Origin: Trueperaceae bacterium
Lineage (GTDB): Bacteria; Deinococcota; Deinococci; Deinococcales; Trueperaceae
NCBI GenBank assembly: GCA_965213705.1
Contig: OZ243913.1
Location: forward strand, 2,368,001-2,432,000
Reading direction: 5' to 3'
Length of the DNA stretch: 64,000 bases
The notes beneath the pieces were generated by a model, which made no database searches, was not told the DNA's origin, and saw nothing but the letters and a program-made list of their open reading frames with translations. The number at the start of each line of letters is the position of its first letter. Position 1 is the first letter of the stretch. Position numbers and translations under genes: made by a program. Below, in pieces: positions 41,384 through 49,367 of the stretch.

Positions 41384-42813
41384 TCCTCTACTCCCACTCC
41401 ATTCTCGACATTAAACACCTCCCGCGCGTCACTCACTTTCCCCGTCACCGCCGCCGCCATCACCATCACCGGGCTCATCAAGACGGTGCGCCCGGTCGGG
41501 CTGCCCTGGCGGCCTTTGAAGTTGCGGTTGGAGGACGAGGCGCAGAGCTGGTCGCCGACGAGTTTGTCCGGGTTCATGGCGAGACACATGCTGCAGCCCG
41601 CGTCGCGCCACTCGAAACCGGCGTCGCGGAAGATTTGGTCGATGCCCAGTTCTTCGCACTGGTACTTGACGATTTGCGAGCCCGGCACGGCGATGGCTTG
41701 GATGCCCTTGGCGACCTTGTGGCCTTTGAGGTATTTGGCCGCCTCGAGAAAGTCCGAAGTGCGGGCGTTCGTGCAACTGCCGAAGAAAGCCACGTCGATG
41801 GGCGTCCCTTTGATGGGTGCGCCGGGCTCGAGCTGCATGTGCTCCAGAGCCTCCGCGATGGCCGCCTTGTCTTTTTCGGCTGCGCCTTCGACCGTAGGCA
41901 CGTTTTCGTCGATGAAAATGGCCTGCCCCGGATTGATGCCCCAGGTCACCGTCGGCGCGATGTCGGCGGCGTCGATGTTCACCACGTCGTCGTAGTGACA
42001 GCCCTCGTCACTGGTGACCGCTTGCCAACGGGCCACCGCCTCGTCCCAGGTTGATGCGTCCGGCGCGTAAGGTCGACCTTTTAAGTATTCGAATGTCGCC
42101 TCGTCCGGATTCACGTAGCCGCAGCGCGCGCCGCCCTCGATGGACATGTTGCAGACCGTCATGCGCTCTTCCATGCTGAAGCGGTCGAACACCTCGCCGC
42201 CGTACTCATACGCGTAGCCAAGGCCGCCCTTGACGCCCAGAACGCGGATGATGTGCAGAATCACGTCCTTGGCGTAAACGCCGGGGCCGAGCCGACCGTT
42301 CACGTTGATGCGCCGCACCTTGGGCCGGCTCATGGCGATGGTTTGGGTCGCCAGCACGTCGCGCACTTGCGTGGTGCCTATTCCGAAGGCAATCGCGCCG
42401 AACGCGCCGTGGGTGGCGGTGTGCGAGTCGCCGCAGGCGATGGTGGTGCCGGGCTGGGTGATGCCCTGCTCGGGGCCGACCATGTGGACGATGCCCTGTT
42501 TGCCGCTGTCGATGTCGAACAAGGTGACGCCGTACTGCGCGCAGTTTTTGCGAAGTTCTTTAATCATGGCGTCGGCGAGTTCGTCCTCGAACGGCTCTTG
42601 GCGGGTGTCGGTCGGGACGATGTGGTCGACCGTGGCGAAGGTGCGCCCCGGCATCCTGACACTGAGACCCAAGTCCCGCAGCATCCCGAAGGCTTGCGGG
42701 CTCGTGACTTCGTGGATGAGGTGGGTGCCGATGAGGAGTTGGGTTTGCCCGTTGGCGAGCGTGCCGACGGTGTGCGCGTCCCAGACTTTGTCAAAGAGGT
42801 TTTGGGTTTTCAT
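41368..42813 (-). CDS. leuC: 3-isopropylmalate dehydratase large subunit
   Basis: [32 protein letters not shown] and [11 protein letters not shown]. Confidence 0.97.
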   Translation of the reverse strand: MKTQNLFDKVWDAHTVGTLANGQTQLLIGTHLIHEVTSPQAFGMLRDLGLSVRMPGRTFATVDHIVPTDTRQEPFEDELADAMIKELRKNCAQYGVTLFDIDSGKQGIVHMVGPEQGITQPGTTIACGDSHTATHGAFGAIAFGIGTTQVRDVLATQTIAMSRPKVRRINVNGRLGPGVYAKDVILHIIRVLGVKGGLGYAYEYGGEVFDRFSMEERMTVCNMSIEGGARCGYVNPDEATFEYLKGRPYAPDASTWDEAVARWQAVTSDEGCHYDDVVNIDAADIAPTVTWGINPGQAIFIDENVPTVEGAAEKDKAAIAEALEHMQLEPGAPIKGTPIDVAFFGSCTNARTSDFLEAAKYLKGHKVAKGIQAIAVPGSQIVKYQCEELGIDQIFRDAGFEWRDAGCSMCLAMNPDKLVGDQLCASSSNRNFKGRQGSPTGRTVLMSPVMVMAAAVTGKVSDAREVFNVENGVGVEEVPST

Positions 42814-42830
42814 AAAGACCTTTCTGAAAC

Positions 42831-42858
42831 AAAAAAACCCCTCGAGGGCTCGAGGGGT
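42831..42858 (-). terminator. Attenuator terminator upstream of leuC
   Basis: ACCCCTCGAG..CTCGAGGGGT followed by a T run, about 20 nt before the leuC ATG. Confidence 0.8.
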
Positions 42859-42879
42859 CGAAGTAGACGATAAAAAACG

Positions 42880-42966
42880 CTACGCGACGACCCTTCCTTC
42901 TAGCAGGACGGTCTGAACGAGGTTGATGACGCGCAAGCGGCGGCGTAGGACTGTGGTTGACAGCAT
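42880..42966 (-). CDS. Putative leu operon leader peptide MLSTTVLRRRLRVINLVQTVLLEGRVVA
   Basis: 28-aa ORF with 6 Leu, 6 Val and 1 Ile, lying between a consensus promoter and the terminator. Confidence 0.7.
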   Translation of the reverse strand: MLSTTVLRRRLRVINLVQTVLLEGRVVA

Positions 42967-42973
42967 TGGCCTG

Positions 42974-43002
42974 AGTATAAGAGGGGAGAGGGGGGCTGTC
43001 AA
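42974..43002 (-). promoter_or_regulatory. Sigma70-type promoter of the leu leader
   Basis: TTGACA-17 nt-TATACT, with the ATG 7 nt downstream. Confidence 0.8.
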
Positions 43003-43232
43003 CAGTAAAGTACCGAGGACCGAGTGAAAAGGACCGAGTGAAAACCACTTTCAACTCTGGACCCAGTACTGTCTCAAACGCCCCCCAGGGGTCACGGTTC
43101 GGAGGCGGTGTCCGCACGAGTTTGAGGGCGACGGGCAGCTTGAGCGCGCCCTGTTTGCGTCCCGGCTTTGCTCGGTTGCCGCTACCGAACCGAGGTGACA
43201 CGCCTTTTCGACCGAGGTGTTATACTTTCCAA

Positions 43233-43336
43233 AGCCCCGTCGGCTCTGCGCGGTGGCGACCCTCGAATCAGGTCAGGTCGGAAGAAGCAGCCTTAAGGGG
43301 TGATCGTCAGGTGCCGCAGAATCCCGGCGGGGTTTT
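43233..43336 (+). ncRNA. ffs: Signal recognition particle (4.5S) RNA
   Basis: Long hairpin GCCCCGTCGG...CCGGCGGGGT enclosing the domain IV motif TCAGGTCGGAAGAAGCAGC; TATACT at 43221. Confidence 0.85.
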
Positions 43337-43957
43337 TCAGTCGGAAATTGCCGGGAGGGATTCGGACGCCCAAAGTTTGTAGGCGGCTCGAGCCTTTTTC
43401 TCATGACTACCTGCCCACCTCGGCGCGTCTTGGAGCGGCCAGTAGCGCAAGCTGAGGCCTTCGTGTGAGAGCGTCAGTTCGCCGCCGACTCTTTCGCAAA
43501 GATGAACGACGGCGACCGTTGCGTGAAGGCCGGCGAACTGCCCGGACGTGCGCGTAAACACGCCGACCAGACGCTGCACGCGCACGTCTAAACCCGTCTC
43601 TTCCTTGGCCTCGCGGACGGCGGCGTCCGCGGGCCGCTCGTTCGGCTCGACCCAGCCGCAAGGCAGACACCAGCCGCTGCCGTCACTACGCTCCATCAGC
43701 AACACGCGGCCCTGCGCGTCGAAAATAGCGGCGTCCGCACCTACCTTCGGCGTTATGTGCCCGAGTTCGGCGGAGAGCCTAGCCTTGACCTCGTCTGCGG
43801 GTAAGCTCAGCAGTTCGCTGTAATGACGGCTGGCGAGCTCGAGTAAATACTCGTACCGTTCCAGGTCATAAGGATTGTCGGCGTAGGCGAGACCGTTGTG
43901 GGCTACGGTTTGCACTTCGTCAAGTAAAGAAAGTATATCCACAATTCTGCACTCCAA
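43337..43957 (-). CDS. NUDIX hydrolase with an N-terminal helical domain
   Basis: GLAYADNPYDLERY, TPKVG and the Nudix box GWVEPNE...AVREAKEETG. Confidence 0.9.
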   Translation of the reverse strand: MECRIVDILSLLDEVQTVAHNGLAYADNPYDLERYEYLLELASRHYSELLSLPADEVKARLSAELGHITPKVGADAAIFDAQGRVLLMERSDGSGWCLPCGWVEPNERPADAAVREAKEETGLDVRVQRLVGVFTRTSGQFAGLHATVAVVHLCERVGGELTLSHEGLSLRYWPLQDAPRWAGSHEKKARAAYKLWASESLPAISD

Positions 43958-44029
43958 AATCTCAGAAACGAGCGTGCTACATTTTTTGCGTTTGTATTAC
44001 GTTATCATAAGCTTCAGGAGGAACAGGCA

Positions 44030-44257
44030 ATGGCGAGTATACGTTTAGACCCGGAACTCGAGGCGCAGTTACGACAAGTGGCTGCCAAAAAGGGCTTGAG
44101 TATGTCGGAAGTTCATCGGCAAGCGCTGAGAACTTACGTCGACAGTGAGGCCAAAAACAGCGGGCGTTACAGCGACATCATAGGTATAGCCGAGGGCGAA
44201 GCCGACCTTTCAAGCAGGGTCTCGGAGATGTTTGTAGAAATTCTGACACGTGACTGA
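44030..44257 (+). CDS. RHH antitoxin (VapB-like)
   Basis: SIRLDPEL...SMSEVHRQAL; overlaps a PIN gene. Confidence 0.82.
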   Translation: MASIRLDPELEAQLRQVAAKKGLSMSEVHRQALRTYVDSEAKNSGRYSDIIGIAEGEADLSSRVSEMFVEILTRD

Positions 44258-44669
44258 CGTTCTTATCGACGCAGGCCCGCTTATTGCTATCCTCAACCGT
44301 AACGACCAACACCACCGAGTATGCGTGGACATCATCCAAAGTCTCGATACGGCTTTTTATACGACGTTACCTGTGATAACAGAAGTGATGCACGTTGCCG
44401 GAGCGCGTTTGGGCTGGGCCGCGCAAGAGGCTTTGTGGAAACTTGTTCTAAGAGGCGACTTTATCCTCGAGTACCCCACCCTACAAGACCTCAGTCGGAT
44501 GCAGGCGCTTATGGCGCAGTACCGCGACCAGCCTATGGATTTTGCGGACGCCTCGCTCGTGGCGCTTGCCGAGAGACTATCCCTCATCAAAGTATTTACC
44601 GTAGACCGCAGAGATTTCTCCGTCTACCGTTTGGAAGGTAAAAAAGCTTTTACGGTTATTGGGCCGTGA
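44250..44669 (+). CDS. PIN-domain toxin (VapC-like)
   Basis: LIDAGPL, VITE, PMDFADASLVALAE and FTVDRRDF. Confidence 0.9.
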   Translation: MTDVLIDAGPLIAILNRNDQHHRVCVDIIQSLDTAFYTTLPVITEVMHVAGARLGWAAQEALWKLVLRGDFILEYPTLQDLSRMQALMAQYRDQPMDFADASLVALAERLSLIKVFTVDRRDFSVYRLEGKKAFTVIGP

Positions 44670-46184
44670 CTACTCTCCCTCGAGCTTTTCCGGTTTGGCC
44701 CGCCTCGTAAAGCGGTTGATGACCAGGGGCAGAAAAAAGCTAACAAGCGTCAACCCCCACAGTGTCAGGGTAATCGGCCCCGTGAAAAACGTCGTCCAGT
44801 CGCCGTTGCTGTAGTTGAGCGCGCGGCGCAGGTTGACTTCCATGAGTTCGCCCAGCACGAGGCCCAGAATGACCGGTGCTAAGGGGAAGCCCGTCCGGCG
44901 CATGACGAAGCCGAGGATGCCGAAACCCGTCATCAGCAAAATATCGAAGGGGCTGTTGTTGACCGAGTAAACTCCGACGAAACTCAGCGTCGCCACAATC
45001 GGCATGAGTACCCAGCGCGGCACGAGCAGAATGCGGGCGAACAGGCCGACCAGCGGCAGGTTGAGGATGATCAAGACGACGTTGCCGATGTACATGGACG
45101 CCGCCAGGCCCCAAAAGATTTCGGGGTTTTGTTGCATCAGCAGCGGCCCCGGCGTGATGCCGTAACTGAGAAGCGTCGCTAAAATCACTGCGGTCGTGCC
45201 GCTGCCCGGCACGCCGAGCGAGAGCATGGGAATGAACGCGCCCACCGCGGCCGAGTTGTTCGCCGCCTCCGGTGCGGCCACGCCGCGGATGTCGCCCTTG
45301 CCGAAGGTGTCGTCGCGGTCGACGATTTGTTTTTCGGTGCTGTAGGCGATAAAACTCGCAATCGTCGCGCCCGCGCCCGGCAACACGCCGATGAGAAAAC
45401 CCGACACGCTGCTGCGGAGCATCACGCCAAGCGACGAGGTGAACTCTTTCATCGTAATCATCACGCGGCCGCTCAACGCGCGTACTTCTTCGCCCACGAC
45501 CGTCTCGCTTAAAATCTGCAGCACTTCGCTTACCGCGAAAAAGCCGATAACGAGGACCACGAAGTCCAGCCCGTCGTAGAGTTTGAGCTGCCCGAAAGTA
45601 AAGCGCACGGTGGTCCCTTGCGGCTCGAGCCCCACGGTCGCCAAAACAAGGCCGAACAGCGCCGCGGCGAGCGCCTTGAGGGTGTTGCCCGCGGTCAGGC
45701 TAGACAGAGCCGTAAACGCAAAAATCATCAGCACGAAATACTCGGCCGGCCCGAAGCGAATCGCCCACTGCGACAGCAGCGGCGCGAAGAAAATCAAAAA
45801 AAAGATGGACAAGGTGCCGCCCACGAACGAGGCGACGGCCGACATCGCCAGGGCGGGCCCGGCGCGGCCTTGACGAGCCATCGGGTAGCCGTCGAAGGTC
45901 GTCACGACCGACGACGCGGTGCCGGGGACGTTTAAGAGGATGCTCGAGATGGAGTTCCCGTACTGCGAGCCGTAGTAAATTCCGGCGAACATGATGATGG
46001 CCGAACTTGCCGGCAGCGCCAGCGCAAACGTTATCGGAATCAAAATAGCGATGGCGTTAATGGGCCCGACGCCCGGCAACATGCCGATGACGGTGCCGAT
46101 GAGCGAGCCGACGAAGACCAGCAGCAGGTTCGTGGGTTGCAACGCGACCGCAAAGCCCTGGCCCAGGAGTTGAAAGACTTCCAC
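44670..46184 (-). CDS. tctA: Tripartite tricarboxylate transporter permease TctA
   Basis: IGMLPGVG, YGSQYG, DGYPMARQGRAG, APEAANN and LGVPGS. Confidence 0.93.
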   Translation of the reverse strand: MEVFQLLGQGFAVALQPTNLLLVFVGSLIGTVIGMLPGVGPINAIAILIPITFALALPASSAIIMFAGIYYGSQYGNSISSILLNVPGTASSVVTTFDGYPMARQGRAGPALAMSAVASFVGGTLSIFFLIFFAPLLSQWAIRFGPAEYFVLMIFAFTALSSLTAGNTLKALAAALFGLVLATVGLEPQGTTVRFTFGQLKLYDGLDFVVLVIGFFAVSEVLQILSETVVGEEVRALSGRVMITMKEFTSSLGVMLRSSVSGFLIGVLPGAGATIASFIAYSTEKQIVDRDDTFGKGDIRGVAAPEAANNSAAVGAFIPMLSLGVPGSGTTAVILATLLSYGITPGPLLMQQNPEIFWGLAASMYIGNVVLIILNLPLVGLFARILLVPRWVLMPIVATLSFVGVYSVNNSPFDILLMTGFGILGFVMRRTGFPLAPVILGLVLGELMEVNLRRALNYSNGDWTTFFTGPITLTLWGLTLVSFFLPLVINRFTRRAKPEKLEGE

Positions 46185-46628
46185 TTAAAAGTACGCCTTG
46201 AAAACGCGCCCCGTCGGCAGCGACACCCCGAGGACGTTTACGAACAGGACGTAAAGCGCCAAACTTACCCCGAGCCCCGTCGCCAGCGCTTGCCAGGGGC
46301 GTGCGCCGAAGCGCTGGCTGACCAGGCCGGTCTCGAGGGTCGTCGCCGCGATAAAACCGATGGGCACGATGAGGTAGGCGTAGGCCACAAAACTGACCAC
46401 CACGATGCCGAGGTCGAGCCAGGAGCGGCCCGCGGGCCAACTCACTTTGAACTTGGAACCTGTCAAAATAATGACAATGCCGACGAGCGCCAACAGACCC
46501 GCGAGCATGAGCGGGAAACTTTTGGCACTTATTGCGCCGCTACCGAAACCGGCTTTGAGGCGGGAGGCCTCAAAGCCGTACAGGGCTGCGAACAGCACGA
46601 TGACCACGCCTGCTAAGCGGTCACTCAT
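46185..46628 (-). CDS. tctB: Tripartite tricarboxylate transporter TctB
   Basis: Small 4-TM protein ending LGVSLPTG, located between tctC and tctA. Confidence 0.88.
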   Translation of the reverse strand: MSDRLAGVVIVLFAALYGFEASRLKAGFGSGAISAKSFPLMLAGLLALVGIVIILTGSKFKVSWPAGRSWLDLGIVVVSFVAYAYLIVPIGFIAATTLETGLVSQRFGARPWQALATGLGVSLALYVLFVNVLGVSLPTGRVFKAYF

Positions 46629-47596
46629 TGCATCAAACCAAGCTCCTCCGAAATGCCGCGAATCTCGGCGACCTGCTCACGCACGAATTGTTCGAACTCG
46701 TCGCCGAACAGGGCGAACTCGGCCAAACCGTTTTGGTCGCGCAGGGTCGCCCACTCGTCGGACGCCGCAACTTGCTGGACTGCGTCTACCCAGTAGTTGT
46801 AAGCCTCGTCCGAGATGCCGGGCGGTGCGTAAAACGCCCGCCAGTTCGCGCCGATGACGTCGTAACCGGCTTCTTGCGCGGTCGGCACGTCGGGCAGGAC
46901 GTCCAGGCGTTCGGGGGCCAGCACGCCCAACACCCGCACCTCACCCGCCTCGACTTGGCTCAGGACCTCGGACGCGTCCCCGGTAAACGCTGAGGCCCGC
47001 CCGCCCAAAACCTCTATCATCGCCGCGCCGCCGCCGTCAAAGGCGATGTAGCGGACGTTTTCCAAGTCGTCCATGCCCGCTTCGTCCACGAGCAATAAAA
47101 CTTTGAGGTGGTCCCAACCGCCTAAAGCGCTGCCGCCCACAAAGGTCGTGTCGCCGGAATTGGCGCGCACGTCTTCGACGAGTTCTTCCAGCGTTTGGTA
47201 CTCCGAGTCCGCCCCGACCGCAATCACGCCGTAGTCCGCGCCGACCGCGCCGAGCCAACGCACGTCGTCCGCGGTGAAGCCCGCATAGACGTTCTGGGCG
47301 AGCCGCGTCGCGGTGGCGATGCTCCCGGCGACGATAAGGTCCGCGTCGTCGGCGCGCTGCGTGACCACGTTGGCGAAGGCGACGCCGCCCCCACCGCCGG
47401 GCATGTTCGTCACACGCATGGCGCCGGGGAAGAGCGACAATTCACGCATCACTTGGGCCGCCGGCACGCGGCAGGTAAAGTCCCAACCGCCGCCGGGGTC
47501 GGCCGGGGCGATACATTCGGTGTTGCCGGGTTGAAACTGGGCATGGGCGAGGCTCGAGACGAGCACCGCCAAAACGAGGACGAATCGTCGCATCAA
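46625..47596 (-). CDS. tctC: Tripartite tricarboxylate transporter substrate-binding protein TctC
   Basis: Signal peptide, PADPGGGWD, NMPGGGG and DVPT..EAG..V...NWR. Confidence 0.92.
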   Translation of the reverse strand: MMRRFVLVLAVLVSSLAHAQFQPGNTECIAPADPGGGWDFTCRVPAAQVMRELSLFPGAMRVTNMPGGGGGVAFANVVTQRADDADLIVAGSIATATRLAQNVYAGFTADDVRWLGAVGADYGVIAVGADSEYQTLEELVEDVRANSGDTTFVGGSALGGWDHLKVLLLVDEAGMDDLENVRYIAFDGGGAAMIEVLGGRASAFTGDASEVLSQVEAGEVRVLGVLAPERLDVLPDVPTAQEAGYDVIGANWRAFYAPPGISDEAYNYWVDAVQQVAASDEWATLRDQNGLAEFALFGDEFEQFVREQVAEIRGISEELGLMQ

Positions 47597-47660
47597 AATT
47601 ACCTCCTGGTGAGTTGCGCTGCCCAGTGTATGTTTTTACAAGTGAGGTGTCAACAAAAGC

Positions 47661-47716
47661 GCCAGTGGCTCGTAGCTTGTGGTTTTCCTACAAGCCACTG
47701 GCTACTCGCTACCAGC
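47661..47716. repeat. Heptamer-periodic imperfect palindrome
   Basis: GCCAGTG GCTCGTA GCTTGTG ... TACAAGC CACTGGC TACTCGC TACCAGC. Confidence 0.7.
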
Positions 47717-47718
47717 TT

Positions 47719-48309
47719 TTACAGAGCGCGCCGGTGCGTGATGGCCCGGCCCAAGGTAACCTCGTCGGCGTATTCCAGGTCGCCGCCGACCGGCAAACCG
47801 TAAGCGATGCGCGAGGTTTTGACCGTCTCTTCGTCCAACACTTTGTTCAGGTACATCGCGGTCGCCTCGCCCTCGACGGTCGTGGCGGTTGCCAGGATGA
47901 TTTCTTCGACCCCGTCTAAGCGGCCGAGCAGCGCTTTGATGGTGAGCTGGTCCGGCCCGACGCCGTTCATCGGGCTGAGCGCGCCGTGCAGGACGTGGTA
48001 CAACCCGTCGTACTCGCCGCTGCGTTCAATCGCCAGCAGGTCGGCGGCTTCCTCGACCACGCAGACTATTCTGTGGTTGCGCGACGCGTCGCTGCACACC
48101 GAGCACACGTCCTGGTCGGTGATGTTGAAGCAGATGCGGCACTGTTTTAAGGACGTTTTGGCCTCGAGCAGCGCCTCGGCTAGGGACCGAATATCCTCTT
48201 CGGGTTGGTTGAACAGGTGAAACGCGAGCCGCTGCGCACTTTTCGGCCCGATGCCGGGCAGCCGCCCGAGTTCGCGAATCAGTTGGATGAGGGCTTGGGG
48301 GTATTTCAT
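47719..48309 (-). CDS. recR: Recombination mediator RecR
   Basis: LPGIGPKSAQRLAF, C4 zinc finger, Toprim CVVE and GLPVGGDLEYAD. Confidence 0.96.
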   Translation of the reverse strand: MKYPQALIQLIRELGRLPGIGPKSAQRLAFHLFNQPEEDIRSLAEALLEAKTSLKQCRICFNITDQDVCSVCSDASRNHRIVCVVEEAADLLAIERSGEYDGLYHVLHGALSPMNGVGPDQLTIKALLGRLDGVEEIILATATTVEGEATAMYLNKVLDEETVKTSRIAYGLPVGGDLEYADEVTLGRAITHRRAL

Positions 48310-48315
48310 AAGGAC

Positions 48316-48391
48316 AGTGGAAAGGACAAAGGAGAAAGGAAAAAGGGGGCTCGGCTTATCACTTTCTCCTTTTCACTTTTCCCTTTCTCCT
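48316..48391. repeat. Heptamer-periodic imperfect palindrome
   Basis: AGTGGAA AGGACAA AGGAGAA AGGAAAA AGGGGGC ... TATCACT TTCTCCT TTTCACT TTTCCCT TTCTCCT. Confidence 0.8.
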
Positions 48392-48710
48392 AAAAAAGCC
48401 CCCCCATGCCGCCCATGTCGCCTAGGCCGCCCATCGCCGAGCCGAGTTCGCTCTCTTGGAGTTCTTTGGCCTTGCGCTGCGCCTCGCCGACGGCGGCGGT
48501 GACAAGGTCTTCTAAGAGTTCCAAGTCGTCGGGGTCGACGGCGCTTTTGTCGATTTTCACGCCGGTGACGGTGCCGTCGCCGGTCGCGGTGACCGTGACA
48601 AGCCCGCCGCCCGCGCTGCCCTCGACGTTCAAAGCGGCCAGTTTTTCCTGCGCCTCAGCCATTTTGCGCTGCGCTTTTTGAGCTTCTTTCATCAGTTTTT
48701 GAATGTTCAT
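48390..48710 (-). CDS. ybaB: YbaB/EbfC nucleoid-associated protein
   Basis: GSAGGGLVTV and DLELLEDLVTAA; dnaX-ybaB-recR synteny. Confidence 0.93.
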   Translation of the reverse strand: MNIQKLMKEAQKAQRKMAEAQEKLAALNVEGSAGGGLVTVTATGDGTVTGVKIDKSAVDPDDLELLEDLVTAAVGEAQRKAKELQESELGSAMGGLGDMGGMGGLF

Positions 48711-48803
48711 GGGTCTCCTTTGACTCTTCTATCTTAGCCCGAATCGCCTCCTGAAAACGTCGGCCGCTTCGTGAGGTTCGGCGCCGCGGTTTGCGTGTGC
48801 AGC

Positions 48804-49361
48804 TCAGTCGAACAGGCTGTCCTGGACGACGTCCTCACCGGCTCCATCTTCGCCGGTCTCGCCGGTGAGCGTTTCGCCGTCCTGCGCCGCAAGCGGGTCA
48901 ACCCGGACCACGCGGCCGGGAAACAGTTGTTTGAGTTGGTCGAACAGCGGCCTTTCTTTGTCGACGCTGTTGTCGAGTGGCGGGGGGGGCGCCGGACGTG
49001 CGGGTCGCGACGGCGGTTCGTCGTGGGGCGTGGGTTCGTCCCAAAAGTCGGGCGGCAATTCTTCGCTCACAAAGTCGCTGGGAACCGGGCCGGCGAAGTC
49101 TTCGCTCGGCAAGTCGGGCGGTGCGACGCCGACTTCTCGAACGGGCGGGGGAGACTCGAGGACGATTTTGGCACCGGCTTCAAGCTCGAGGCCCTCTTCG
49201 CCTTCGGGGTCAACCTCGCGGACGACGTTGACGGACTTTGGCGCGGTCTCGAGAACCACCTGGACGGGCTCGGGCTCTGGGCCTGGCTCAGGCTGGGCTC
49301 GTGGCGCTGCTCGGGCGGGCGTGTCCAGCGGAGTGGGCGCGTCGCCCCACTCCGCTAAAAC
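48804..49361 (-). CDS. dnaX: C-terminal extension of DnaX in the -1 frame (185 aa)
   Basis: Open from the slippery site with no intervening stop; Pro/Glu-rich linker followed by PLFDQLKQLFPGRVVRV. Confidence 0.75.
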   Translation of the reverse strand, partial: VLAEWGDAPTPLDTPARAAPRAQPEPGPEPEPVQVVLETAPKSVNVVREVDPEGEEGLELEAGAKIVLESPPPVREVGVAPPDLPSEDFAGPVPSDFVSEELPPDFWDEPTPHDEPPSRPARPAPPPPLDNSVDKERPLFDQLKQLFPGRVVRVDPLAAQDGETLTGETGEDGAGEDVVQDSLFD

Positions 49362-49367
49362 TTTTTT
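49327..49367 (-). other. Programmed -1 ribosomal frameshift signal
   Basis: In-frame A_AAA_AAG at 49367-49361, then an 11-bp stem AGCGGAGTGGG/CCCACTCCGCT starting 4 nt downstream. Confidence 0.8.

Noticed and set aside
43975..44015. DdrO/RDRM radiation-response motif
   Set aside because: The AT-rich stretch does not fit the 17-bp palindrome and is more simply the vapBC promoter/operator.
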